Shown: positions 51,801-60,740 of the stretch, one piece after another
Position numbering within the stretch: position 1 is the first letter of the stretch
How the letters are laid out: every line of letters starts with the position of its first letter
Origin: Gemmatimonadota bacterium
GTDB taxonomy: Bacteria > JBHIER01 > G020348925
Direction of reading: 5' to 3'
Assembly: GCA_020348925.1 (NCBI GenBank)
Contig: CP070758.1
Span: forward strand, 2,557,688-2,621,687
Length of the DNA stretch: 64,000 nt
Notes under the pieces: generated by a model
What the model was told of the DNA's origin: nothing
Database searches by the model: none
The model's input: only the letters and a program-made list of their open reading frames with translations
Made by a program: the position numbers and the translations under genes

Positions 51801-53445
51801 GTCCCACTCAGGGAACTGGAGCTGGTACTGCGGCGATGAACAGACCCACCAGTACGACTTTGGTTGGGACTGCCCTCTGGTGACGCCCGCTTTTGGTTTG
51901 AGCCCCCATTCCACCCTCTCCTTCTGGGTTTGGTTTGAAGTTGCCACCTACGGTGTGTTCGGCATCACCGTCGAGGTCAAATCGGGTTTGGGCTGGAAGA
52001 AGATCGATTTTATCGGCAGTGGTGGAGCCCTGGGGCCCAGTGGCGAGACGGAAGTGAGATGCGATTGGATGAAATACGAGTACGACCTCTCCTCGATTCC
52101 CGTCGGGGAGGCTCAGCTGCGGTTTCGATTTTTCAGTATACCCGACTCCTACTGGGACGGTGAGTACATCTGGGAGGGGGTTTATCTTGATGACGTCACA
52201 ATTACCCCGTCGGGACAGGCGGATCTTGAATCGATGCAGCCTGATATCCGGTATGCCTCTTTTTCGATCGAGGACAGTGAAGGAAATGGTGACGGGCTCG
52301 TCGATCCTGGCGAGCAGTGTCAGCTGTTGGTCACCCTTCACAACCAAGGATTACGAGACGCCTCCAACGTCGTTCTTTATCTGAGCACGGACGATCCGGA
52401 TGCGAACATTACGGATGGTGAAGCCTTCATCGAAAACATCTATATCGGCGATACAATTGAGAATGTGGCCAATCCGTTCAGTCTCCAGACAGGGCCAGAG
52501 GTGTCGCTTCATGTTATTCCCTTCACGCTGAGCATATTTGAGGGTGACGCCTATTACTCGACGGTGGTACAGTTTCATGTGCGCATGGGTCAGGGGAAGG
52601 TGCTCATTGTGGAGGATGACAACGGTTCAGCGTTATCATCCTACTATGAGGATGCACTCCAGGCTGTTTTTGTGCAGTATGACATGTGGGACACGGAAGA
52701 GGATGATCTCATTCCCACCCATGTTCTCGAAGAATACGATGATGTGCTCTGGGTAACCGGTCCAACCCAGGAGACGCTGAGTGAGGACGAACAGCAGAAT
52801 CTCCGGACTTTTCTGGACAATGGTGGGAACCTGCTTCTGTCCGGAAACATGATTGGGTATGCGCTGCGCAATACCCCGTTTTTTTCGAATTACTTGCATG
52901 CCGATTACGTGAACTTTATGACCAGGCTTCATCACCTCAATGCGGTTCCTGGGAATCCGATTCTTCAGGATATGGACATCACAATAGCCGCATCCGGGCA
53001 GACTGGACAAGGATTTACCGGGGAGATCGATCCACTTCCGCCTGCGTTCTCATTCTATACTTACGACCGGACCACAGAGGAGGGACTGGGTGATATTCGT
53101 TCCTCGGGCAGTGGTGCCGTCGCCTTCGGAAACGGGACGTACAAAGTTGTCTATTTCAGCTTCGGCATCGAGGGCATTGAGCCGCCCGAAACGAGAACGG
53201 CCGTGCTGGATGCCATACTGAACTGGTTCCGGACGACCATTGAGGTTGGGAATGGAGATGTGAACCTCGACGGAAACGTTAACATCATCGATGTCGTCTG
53301 GGCGGTAAACATCGTTCTGGGAACGCACCAGCCGACCGAGCAGGAAAGAAAGAACGCCGACTTGAACGGTGACGGGCAGGTGAACGTCATCGACGTTATC
53401 GGAATCGTCAATCTTATTCTGCACGGAGGAGCTGCCGCGAAATAA
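48883..53445 (+). CDS. Secreted C25 (gingipain-like) cysteine peptidase with propeptide, Ig-like repeats, MAM/immune-inhibitor-like jelly-roll, chassis and dockerin
   Basis: GEPQIP propeptide; YVIVT, WKTKKG, VLLGGD, DLYYSDLDG, VYVGR, NHDGH (His), SIGC (Cys), GGGVAFVGNSRYGW, NLLGDPEMPIWT; dockerin GDVNLDGNVNIIDVV. Confidence 0.9.
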   Translation: MVHRYYGRTFVLSVLVVCLLLAHGRSISGEITTSISFSPSDLSVTENGEYDVLSMTDCDISREVGEPQIPVTLLHVVLPAGADVNRVEVLSTQSEALEGIFRLYPVQPPQPYGAPGKPTIEIEFFRPKADVYGSTELYPTEIVEAGKAGSRAGYRLAGLLVYPIQYIPAEGKLLFHRRIDVRIHYSSNQVERRSFKKPAARSHAVLRRSVERAVLNPEDVSDRSGLRGDVFSAVPPGSYEYVIVTDEDYAADFQPLADWKTKKGVPANTVTTDWIYATYPGVDHQEQIRNFIRDAYENWGTLWVLLGGDCSDLTYGPSPPQAHVVPARIVWAMDCEFDPENHPDENDIRADLYYSDLDGTWDDNGNGIYGEVADNVDLYPDVYVGRASVNTTEEVNTFVNKILTYEKPTVTDRFKKLLFLGEIMWTDPYTDGGEGKNMIDDECIPPRFDPITKLYQSEGNENTESVMAAVNEGHHFINHDGHCMWYIMGMGNGSFYAQHMDALTNDPAYSIIYSIGCWPAAFDYDCVAEHFITNPHGGGVAFVGNSRYGWGSPGNPGYGYSDRIDHRFLYNIYMDDIYHIGEAIDLAKAYYVPYSQMANVYRIHQYQVNLLGDPEMPIWTDDPAELTVIHPSSVVVGSNRVIVTVTDGTEPVGDALVCLHKGSDVYTFGRTDAQGQVSLDITPSSNGTMDITVTGHNVLPFEGTITVTGSGAQLSHVGCDLSDDGGNGDGLMNPGETVSLGVAFANQGNETAYGVTVTMSSDDDLVTVLDGDKTCGDVASGEEIPAHLDDFSFMISSEATNGHVLYVTFTLTDQSSNVWTSTLGLPVCTPVLSYVAHEIDDAGGNGNGFAEPGETVDMVVTFSNTGLGNAVGVTATIATSTPHVTIAGNPLNVGNIGPDEENQGTFSVTIDHSCPAIYFPILTFTLSTQDGYTFESGCLVSIGPMGFGDNMESGQGEWTNEGEGNMWHLSDYRSHSGNWSWYCGDEQTHQYDFGWDCPLVTPAFGLSPHSTLSFWVWFEVATYGVFGITVEVKSGLGWKKIDFIGSGGALGPSGETEVRCDWMKYEYDLSSIPVGEAQLRFRFFSIPDSYWDGEYIWEGVYLDDVTITPSGQADLESMQPDIRYASFSIEDSEGNGDGLVDPGEQCQLLVTLHNQGLRDASNVVLYLSTDDPDANITDGEAFIENIYIGDTIENVANPFSLQTGPEVSLHVIPFTLSIFEGDAYYSTVVQFHVRMGQGKVLIVEDDNGSALSSYYEDALQAVFVQYDMWDTEEDDLIPTHVLEEYDDVLWVTGPTQETLSEDEQQNLRTFLDNGGNLLLSGNMIGYALRNTPFFSNYLHADYVNFMTRLHHLNAVPGNPILQDMDITIAASGQTGQGFTGEIDPLPPAFSFYTYDRTTEEGLGDIRSSGSGAVAFGNGTYKVVYFSFGIEGIEPPETRTAVLDAILNWFRTTIEVGNGDVNLDGNVNIIDVVWAVNIVLGTHQPTEQERKNADLNGDGQVNVIDVIGIVNLILHGGAAAK

Positions 53446-53475
53446 ATTTTTCTTCTGGAGAAAATCTGATTTTTA

Positions 53476-53501
53476 TAGGGCACGGCGCGCCGTGCCCCTA
53501 C
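53476..53501 (-). repeat. GTAG-type REP-like palindrome
   Basis: Minus strand reads GTAGGGGCACGGCGCGCCGTGCCCTA; lies between convergent genes. Confidence 0.7.
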
Positions 53502-53536
53502 AATTTTATTCGTATTTAATGCTGCTAATTTTTCAA

Positions 53537-53565
53537 ACACCTGAAGTCTTCAAGACTTCGAGTGT
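53537..53565. repeat. Second imperfect palindrome (REP-like)
   Basis: ACAC-CT-GAAGTCT-TCA-AGACTTC-GA-GTGT. Confidence 0.5.
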
Positions 53566-53627
53566 CTCGGCACGGTATGCTATGAAGAAGGAAGTTGATT
53601 TAAAGAGAACTTGACGTGACGATGTAT

Positions 53628-55364
53628 TTAGGGACAGTCATCCAGTCCCAGAATGAGGTTCACGATTTTCACGGCATCCAGGATATTGACAACACCGTCG
53701 CCGTCACAATTGCCCGAGGGTCCGTTACAATCGATTCTCAGGGATTGATCCGGTTCAGGTTCGTGTAATTCGAGAATCGTGTTTATGACGAAGAGGGCGT
53801 CCATGATGTCGACGACGCAATCGTGATTCGCATCGCCTTTTATGTTTTCACAGACGGTGATCGTCAGGGCGTCAGTATCTTTTGCCAGAGGGTCGGATTG
53901 AGCGGTGGCCGTGAGCGTGACCGTGTTCACCATTCCCTCCGTGGCAGTTGTAGGAATAAGACACATGATCTCAAGGGTGGTATCCGTGCATGCCTGAAGA
54001 GAGAGCGCAAATGAGTCGGGATTCAAAGTCCAACCTCGAGTATCTGTCGCTGTCACCTCGTATGTGAATGTCCGGGCCTCGGGATTCGTAATGGCGAAGG
54101 AAGGGAAGAGAGTATCTCCGATTGATCCCCCTAAAGTGGAAACAGCCAGGACTGAGACTTCGGGAGGGTGGATGGATTCGGGAATTTCCCGGGTGATACA
54201 ATGGATGGCGCCGCCGAAGCGTGGGGCGAAGTGGAGACAGCTGATGGGAATAATCTCATAATCCGGTAGAGCCGTTTGATACGTCGCAAGTGCTTCTGAG
54301 TCGGTGGGACTGTCGTACACCGGCACAAAGACCTGCTTGTCGAGGATGAGTGAATTCACATATGTGCAATAACTTGAAACCGAATTCACTTTGTACATGG
54401 GAACGCGAAGGACGTCAAATGTGCTTCCAGTGTAAGTCTTCAGCGTGCTGAAAATAGTGGCAGCATTTTCCAGGAGAGCGTACTCCACAGCCTCGGTATC
54501 CATAAATTTTGCCACTAAAACTGTGTTGGCATTTAAAAATTTGGCCCACATGTCAATATGGGCAAGATTTGCGCATTCCTCAAACACCTGAAAAACGAGG
54601 AACCGGTCACAACCGAAGTACGTTGCCATCAAAGAATCTGCCTGTTCAGAGGTTAACTCTGGATTTTTGTTGTGAAAGTAGTCTGTGGAAACAAGTAATC
54701 CCTTGCCGTCCGTCATAAAATTTCCCCCGTCGTATTTAAAATCGAAATCGTAGCAATCGAAGCAGTAGTGTTGGCAAAAAAAGGGAGGAAGACCGTCAGA
54801 TGCAGTTAATCTTTCGATATATTTTGTATCAATTCCCACCAAACGGTCGTCTGAATCATAGACGAAAAAGGGTCCGCAGTCCCGCATCCAGAATAGATTA
54901 CTTGAATACGTGAAAAATGAGATATTATCCAAAGCGCAATGCTCATTGATAAGCAGACTCTCGACGGTATTGAAATTCTGTTCATTGCGCACACCAATGA
55001 ATATCGTGTTTTCAGGATCGATGTGTTGGACCATCGATAATAGAATTCTGTCCAATACTCCAGCAAATTCATGATCCCAGTAAATGAGGACGCCCTGGCA
55101 GGGCTCGAACTCGGCCGGAGTTCGGACGGGTGAAGAAGGTGGCTGTTGAATGCCCTCGAATTCAACCGTCATCGGGGTAATAGGAAATTCTCTGTTCAAA
55201 AATTCTTTCAACCAGGGCAGAGCTTCGAGTTCGATGTGTTTGTAGCCTGTTGTTTCTGTTGCAGTTGAGGATACCGTGGTGCTTACAAGCGGGTCGGGAG
55301 AAACGTATACTGAGCTGAGTATGATCAAACACACCACGGTATTTCGAGCGGATCTGGGAATCAT
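53628..55364 (-). CDS. Secreted agmatine/peptidyl-arginine deiminase (PPAD-like) + Ig-like domain + dockerin
   Basis: Start inferred at ATG 55364 after GGAGG/AAGGA. PAEFEP, WMRDCGP, DGGNF.TDG.G, HIDMW.KF, YVN.LI, GGAIHCIT (catalytic Cys); dockerin GDANHDCVVDIMDA...DGDGVVNILDAV. Confidence 0.88.
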   Translation of the reverse strand: MIPRSARNTVVCLIILSSVYVSPDPLVSTTVSSTATETTGYKHIELEALPWLKEFLNREFPITPMTVEFEGIQQPPSSPVRTPAEFEPCQGVLIYWDHEFAGVLDRILLSMVQHIDPENTIFIGVRNEQNFNTVESLLINEHCALDNISFFTYSSNLFWMRDCGPFFVYDSDDRLVGIDTKYIERLTASDGLPPFFCQHYCFDCYDFDFKYDGGNFMTDGKGLLVSTDYFHNKNPELTSEQADSLMATYFGCDRFLVFQVFEECANLAHIDMWAKFLNANTVLVAKFMDTEAVEYALLENAATIFSTLKTYTGSTFDVLRVPMYKVNSVSSYCTYVNSLILDKQVFVPVYDSPTDSEALATYQTALPDYEIIPISCLHFAPRFGGAIHCITREIPESIHPPEVSVLAVSTLGGSIGDTLFPSFAITNPEARTFTYEVTATDTRGWTLNPDSFALSLQACTDTTLEIMCLIPTTATEGMVNTVTLTATAQSDPLAKDTDALTITVCENIKGDANHDCVVDIMDALFVINTILELHEPEPDQSLRIDCNGPSGNCDGDGVVNILDAVKIVNLILGLDDCP

Positions 55365-55684
55365 TTTTCCTTGTCCTCCTCGGTTCCCTATTGTGGACAT
55401 AATCCTGACTGCATGCGACCGTTCCCTATGATGAGATGGGATTTTTGTCTCAGACACAGGTCCTTTGGAAGCAGCCAACAGTTCTGATTGATATGAAACC
55501 TCATGGGTATATTTTTTAATGTCTCGAATAGGTTCGACACACTCCGTGGGATCATAGTTTCATTGGGCTCACAGACATGATTTTTTTCGAGCACTTTCTT
55601 TCATTTTATCTCAAAAAATTCGTGCCAAGTTTTCTTTTGAGTATTAAATTAGGTTCAATGATCCATTTATGAAAGGAGGAAAGA

Positions 55685-56152
55685 ATGAAAAAAATATATT
55701 TATGTCTACTATTGCTGATCGGGAGCTTGCTCTGGGCTCAAACCCTCACCATCAAGGTGAAGGAGACGCGGGTTCGCTCCTCGCCCAAGTTCTATGCGAA
55801 GTCTATCTATCGTGCGAACCGAGGCGATACACTGGAAAAGATGGGGGAGCAGAAAGGATGGTATGAGGTGAAGATACCCAGTGGTGATGTCGGATGGGTT
55901 CATTCGAGCGCGGTGGAGACCAAGAAGCTGAAACTCGATTCCGGCGAGTGGGTCGAAACCGAGGCGACTCCAGAAGAAGTTGCGCTTGCGGGAAAGGGAT
56001 TCAACATGGAAGTTGAAGCCGAATACAAAAGAAACCATCCTGATCTCGATTTCACATGGGTCGACAGAATGGAGAGCATCGAGATATCGGAGGAGGAAAT
56101 GGTGGCTTTTCTGAAAAAAGGAAAGCTTGGCGAATATGGAGGGGAGCAATGA
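55685..56152 (+). CDS. Secreted SH3b-domain protein
   Basis: Signal peptide; VRSSP...GD.L......GWYEVK...G.VGWVHSS; C-terminal EVALAGKGF. Confidence 0.8.
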   Translation: MKKIYLCLLLLIGSLLWAQTLTIKVKETRVRSSPKFYAKSIYRANRGDTLEKMGEQKGWYEVKIPSGDVGWVHSSAVETKKLKLDSGEWVETEATPEEVALAGKGFNMEVEAEYKRNHPDLDFTWVDRMESIEISEEEMVAFLKKGKLGEYGGEQ

Positions 56153-57039
56153 AAAGGCTCATTCTTCTCTTTTTGGGATTATGTCTCCTCGGATGTAAGG
56201 CCGCCGGTCAATTTGCCGAGCGGGGTCTGGGTGAAATAGTGGGCGAGGAGAAAGCGGAATCGATTATAAAGGTGGCCGAGGCGGCGCGGAAGGGGTTTGA
56301 GGACCTGACCCCGCAGGAGGAGTACTATATCGGAAGAGCCGTGTCAGCGAACATTCTTCAAAAGTACACCGTCTACGAAAACGAACGCTTCACATGCTAT
56401 GTAAATAAAGTGGGGATGACGGTCGCCTGGGCTTCGGATCGACCTGAAACCTACGGTGGATATCATTATCTCGTTTTGGATACAACGGATCCCTTGGCCT
56501 ATTCTGCACCCGGCGGGTTCATCTTTGTCAGCCGGGGGCTTGTGGCCCTGATGAAGAATGAGGAGGAACTGGCTGGTGTTCTCGCCCACGAAGTGGCCCA
56601 CGTTAGTCAAAAACACGGTCTGAGTGCCATCAAGCAATCCCGACTCATGGATGCCTTTTCCATCCTTGTTGCCGAGGGAAAGAAATATTCGTCGGATGAG
56701 GTGAAAAAATTGGCCAAGATCTACGAGGGAACGCTGGATGATATCGTCACAATGCTCGTCGAAAAGGGGTACAGCCGGAAGCAGGAGAGTGAAGCTGATC
56801 AATTCGGTGTTTTGTACGCTTTCGGGGCAGGATACGATCCGAAGGGTCTCACTTCCTTCTTAGACATATTACAGAAGTATGAGAAGGAAACCTCCGAGAT
56901 AGGTTTGATCAAAAGCCATCCGGATCCAGGTGGTCGGGGTGCCGCACTCAAGCAGTATATGCAGCAGGAAGACATGGGCGGAAGAACCGAACAGGTCAGA
57001 ACATCGAGATTCGAACTGATGAAAAAAATGGTGGGATAG
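56149..57039 (+). CDS. M48 family metalloprotease lipoprotein
   Basis: ATGA overlap with the upstream stop; lipobox LLGC; AYSAPGGFIFVSRGL, EEELAGVLAHEVAH, YSRKQESEAD, GYDP, SHP. Confidence 0.9.
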   Translation: MKRLILLFLGLCLLGCKAAGQFAERGLGEIVGEEKAESIIKVAEAARKGFEDLTPQEEYYIGRAVSANILQKYTVYENERFTCYVNKVGMTVAWASDRPETYGGYHYLVLDTTDPLAYSAPGGFIFVSRGLVALMKNEEELAGVLAHEVAHVSQKHGLSAIKQSRLMDAFSILVAEGKKYSSDEVKKLAKIYEGTLDDIVTMLVEKGYSRKQESEADQFGVLYAFGAGYDPKGLTSFLDILQKYEKETSEIGLIKSHPDPGGRGAALKQYMQQEDMGGRTEQVRTSRFELMKKMVG

Positions 57040-57048
57040 AGACGCCTC

Positions 57049-58544
57049 ATGGAAAATATAGCTTTAGGGATCATCTGTGCTCTCCTGTTCCTGGGGGTGA
57101 CGGAATTCGTCCTCATGAAACTGAGACGCTTCGGATTCATCAAGAAGATCACGCCAGCGGTCACTCTGCTTCTTTTCTATTTCGCCTACCTCATTCTCGA
57201 AATCTTCTACCCTGTTCCTATGGGTCCGAAGCTGTCCCGATCCGTCGAAGCCCTGGCCCTGTTTCTGGGGCTGTTTACGCTGATCCTCGTTTTCGAGACG
57301 ATTATTGTCGATTATGCCTACCCCTTGCGAAAAAAGACCCCGCCGCCTTCCCTGCTCAGAGATATCATTCGCTGGGTCTTGGTGATCGTCATTCTCTTTG
57401 CTCTGTTCCAGAATATCCTGAACATCGACGTCAGTTCGATTGTCTTTACCTCCGCCGCTGTCACCATCGTCGTGGGGCTGGCCCTTCAGGATCTCCTCGG
57501 AAACCTGTTTGCCGGGATTACCCTGAATATGAGCCGACCGTTTAAAATTGGTGACTGGCTATTGATCGGATCCTGTGAGGGGCAGGTGGTGAATATGACA
57601 TGGAGAGAGACCGGATTGAAAACCCTGGATGCCGACTATGTGATCATTCCCAATTCCACGGTTTCCAAGGAGATACTCATCAACTGCTCTTCTCCAGATA
57701 AGCTCGACGCCCGCCACATCAAAGTAGGTGTGAGCTACGAGGCTCCGCCGAATACGGTCAAGGATGTCATGGCCGAGGCCGCGCTGCAATCAAAAGGTGT
57801 CCTGGCGCAGCCGGCCCCTGAAGTGTGGCTGGTCGATTTCGGTGATTTTGCCATTACCTATGAATTGAAATTCTGGATTGACGATTATGAGTTCCACAAT
57901 CAGATCGAGGATGAGGTCCACACGCGGATCTGGTATGCCTTCAGACGACACGGGATTCATATTCCTTTTCCCATCAGGAACATTTACATGCGGAGGGTCC
58001 CCAGGGAAGAGGAAGCGGTGGTTCGGGAGCGGGACATCGCCGAGAAGGTTTCGGCCATGCGCCCAATCGAAATTCTGCAACCCCTGAGCGACGAGGAGCT
58101 GCTGCTCCTAGCCTCGAAGGTCAGAAAACAGCACTTCGGAAGGAAAGAGGTGCTCGTCAGACAAGGGGAAGAAGGTGATTCCTTCTTCATCATCATGAGT
58201 GGTCGGTGGCCGTGTCGGCTCAGGACGTACACGGGCGGAGTACCATCATCGCCCACCTTGAAAAAGGCGACTTCTTCGGGGAGGGTTCTCTGCTAACGGG
58301 CGAACCACGATCAGCCACAGTTACGGTTATCCAGGATACGAAGGTTATTATTGTTGATAAGTTCAGTTTCTCAGAAATCTTAAAGCAAAATCCGTCTATT
58401 GCCGAGAGCCTCTCCCATATTCTTGAACAGAGGCTAAAAGAGCTCGCTGAGAAGAAAGCTGTCTCAGAGGAAGCGGCCGGCAAAGAACCTGTTGAACCGT
58501 TTACGGTACTGCTCAATAAGATAAAAAATTTCTTCGGGATATAA
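57049..58544 (+). pseudogene. MscS-family channel with C-terminal cyclic-nucleotide-binding domain, one-base frameshift at ~58205 (real or sequence error)
   Basis: GLALQDLLGNLFAG, RPFKIGDW, IPNS. The cNMP domain begins LVRQGEEGDSFFIIMSG and continues in another frame as VAVS...GDFFGEGSLLTGEPRSATV. GGT CG GTG lacks one base. Confidence 0.85.
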
Positions 58545-58566
58545 ACCAATTTCCTGTCTGTTCTCT

Positions 58567-60708
58567 ATGCGTCTTCAACCTGTTTTGAAACATTCAGTTG
58601 GTCGCGGAGTAGGGGTGGGTCTCTGTGTCACCCTGGCCATCGTTCTTTTTCACTCCACGGGTCTCTTCGAACCTTTCGAATTGAAGACGTTGGACTGGCG
58701 ATTCAAGGTGCTTGCTTCGCCCGAGAAAGCATCGGACGACATCGTGATCGTCGCCGTTGATCAGAAGAGTCTCGATTATTACGAGGAGATGGAATCGCTT
58801 CCCTGGCCGTGGCCGAGAGGATTGTATGAGGCCGTCATCGAATTCGTTAACAGGGGCGGTGCTCAAGTTGTCCTTTTCGATATACTCTTCACCGAGAGAT
58901 CCGGATTTGGCTATGAGGATGACGAACATTTCACCGAGGCGGTGAAGAATGGAAGGAATGTCTATATGCCTTTCTTTCTGAGCCAGAAGGATCGTTCCGT
59001 GGACGAAACGTTGAAAGAGATGCTGCTGACAGAGAGATCGCTCGAGATGCACGACGCATCGCAGATTCGCTGGTGGACGGCTCAGTCCGTTGTACTTCCT
59101 CTTGATGCATTGATCGAAAATGCTCAGGGACTGGGAAATGTTATGATGGTACCTGATGCTGATGGCGTCTACAGACGAGTTCCACTTTTCTTCAAATATG
59201 AGAATCGTTACTTTCCATCGCTGCCTTTGGCAGCCATACAAGACATACTCGGCGTCGGGCAAGTTACCGTTGACAATTCGAACACGCTTCACCTTGGTCC
59301 CAGGAGTGTGCCTCTCCAGGACGATGGCACCATGCTGCTGAAATATCATGGGGGTGCTGCGACGTATGCGTATTATTCCATCGCCAGTGTCATCCAGTCT
59401 TACGTAAGACTCGAGGCAGGGGAGAGACCGATTATTGAGCCCGAGGAGTTCAAGGATAAGATTGTGTTCGTCGGTTTGATTGCTCCCGGTCTGTTTGACC
59501 TCAAACCGACCCCCCTCAGTTCCGTCTATCCCGGAGTTGAAGTCCATGCAACGGCGACCGATAATATTCTGAACGGAGATTTCCTGACACGGCTTCCTGT
59601 CTTCACGCTCTTTCTATTTATCTTTGTGTTCAATATTCTTTGTGGTATAGGCGTTTCCTCCTTTGACACACTGAGAGTATCCATACCTCTTCTCTGCGTT
59701 TTTCTTGTCGTCCCGTTCCTCTGCGCACTTCTTTTTTTTCAGGGGAACCTCTGGTTCGATTTCGTGACGCCGGAGGTGGGTGTGCTTGTGACCTTTGCAC
59801 TCACATCGGTTGTGAGTTATGCGACGGAGGGAAAGCAGAGAAAATTTATAAAGAGCGCTTTTAAATACTATCTCAGTCCTGCCGTCATCGATAAACTTCT
59901 GAAGAATCCGGAGAGCTTGAAATTGGGAGGTGAGAAAAAGGAAATGACTGTTCTTTTTTCAGATATAGCAGGATTCACAACCATTTCAGAACAGCTTGAT
60001 CCGGAACAACTCGCTCAGTTGCTCAACGAGTATCTCTCCCGGATGACAGATGTTATCCTTTCCTACGGTGGGACCGTGGATAAGTATGAGGGTGATGCGA
60101 TCATGGCTTTCTGGGGTGCTCCCTTGCCCCAGACGGACCACGCCCTCCGGGCCTGTTTGGCAGCACTTGAATGCCGATCGGCATTGGAAGATGTATGCGA
60201 AGAATTTCAACGGAAGGGGTGGCCGCGGTTACAAGCGAGGATTGGCATGAACACCGGGGATATGATCGTTGGGAACATGGGATCGAGAGAACGGTTTGAC
60301 TATACTGTTATTGGCGATGAGGTCAATCTCGGCTCGCGGCTTGAGGGGGCGAATAAAGAGTATGGCACGTGGATCATGATATCTGAAAGTACCTGTAAGT
60401 GTGTCCAAGATGAGGTTGAGGCCAGAGAACTTGACTTGATTCGAGTCAAAGGGAAGGAGAGTCCCGTTCGAGTATATGAACTCTTAGCGAGAAAGGGTCA
60501 ACTTCCTGAAGAGAACGTGGACTGTGTTCACATGTTTGCGAAAGGACTCGCACTCTACCGAGAGCGGAAATGGGACAAGGCTCTTGAGATTTTTGAAGAG
60601 ATTCAGGACGATCCCCCGTCTGCTGTGTTTCGAAGCCGATGCGTGGAATTCCTGAACGCACCACCATCTGAGGATTGGGACGGTGTGTATATCATGAGAA
60701 CGAAATAA
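58567..60708 (+). CDS. CHASE2-domain class III adenylate cyclase
   Basis: CHASE2 motifs (IVIVAVDQKSL, WPWPR, DADGVYRR, YPGVEVHA), 3 TMs, LFSDIAGFT, VDKYEGDAIMA (Lys), DYTVIGDEVNLGSRLE (Thr, class IIIb-like), VKGK. Confidence 0.92.
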   Translation: MRLQPVLKHSVGRGVGVGLCVTLAIVLFHSTGLFEPFELKTLDWRFKVLASPEKASDDIVIVAVDQKSLDYYEEMESLPWPWPRGLYEAVIEFVNRGGAQVVLFDILFTERSGFGYEDDEHFTEAVKNGRNVYMPFFLSQKDRSVDETLKEMLLTERSLEMHDASQIRWWTAQSVVLPLDALIENAQGLGNVMMVPDADGVYRRVPLFFKYENRYFPSLPLAAIQDILGVGQVTVDNSNTLHLGPRSVPLQDDGTMLLKYHGGAATYAYYSIASVIQSYVRLEAGERPIIEPEEFKDKIVFVGLIAPGLFDLKPTPLSSVYPGVEVHATATDNILNGDFLTRLPVFTLFLFIFVFNILCGIGVSSFDTLRVSIPLLCVFLVVPFLCALLFFQGNLWFDFVTPEVGVLVTFALTSVVSYATEGKQRKFIKSAFKYYLSPAVIDKLLKNPESLKLGGEKKEMTVLFSDIAGFTTISEQLDPEQLAQLLNEYLSRMTDVILSYGGTVDKYEGDAIMAFWGAPLPQTDHALRACLAALECRSALEDVCEEFQRKGWPRLQARIGMNTGDMIVGNMGSRERFDYTVIGDEVNLGSRLEGANKEYGTWIMISESTCKCVQDEVEARELDLIRVKGKESPVRVYELLARKGQLPEENVDCVHMFAKGLALYRERKWDKALEIFEEIQDDPPSAVFRSRCVEFLNAPPSEDWDGVYIMRTK

Positions 60709-60740
60709 TCTCAAATCCATATTCTTACATATAAGACGGT

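Noticed and set aside
55610-55630. Possible sigma54 promoter for the deiminase (minus strand TTGGCACG)
   Set aside because: The -12 TTGC element is absent at the required spacing.
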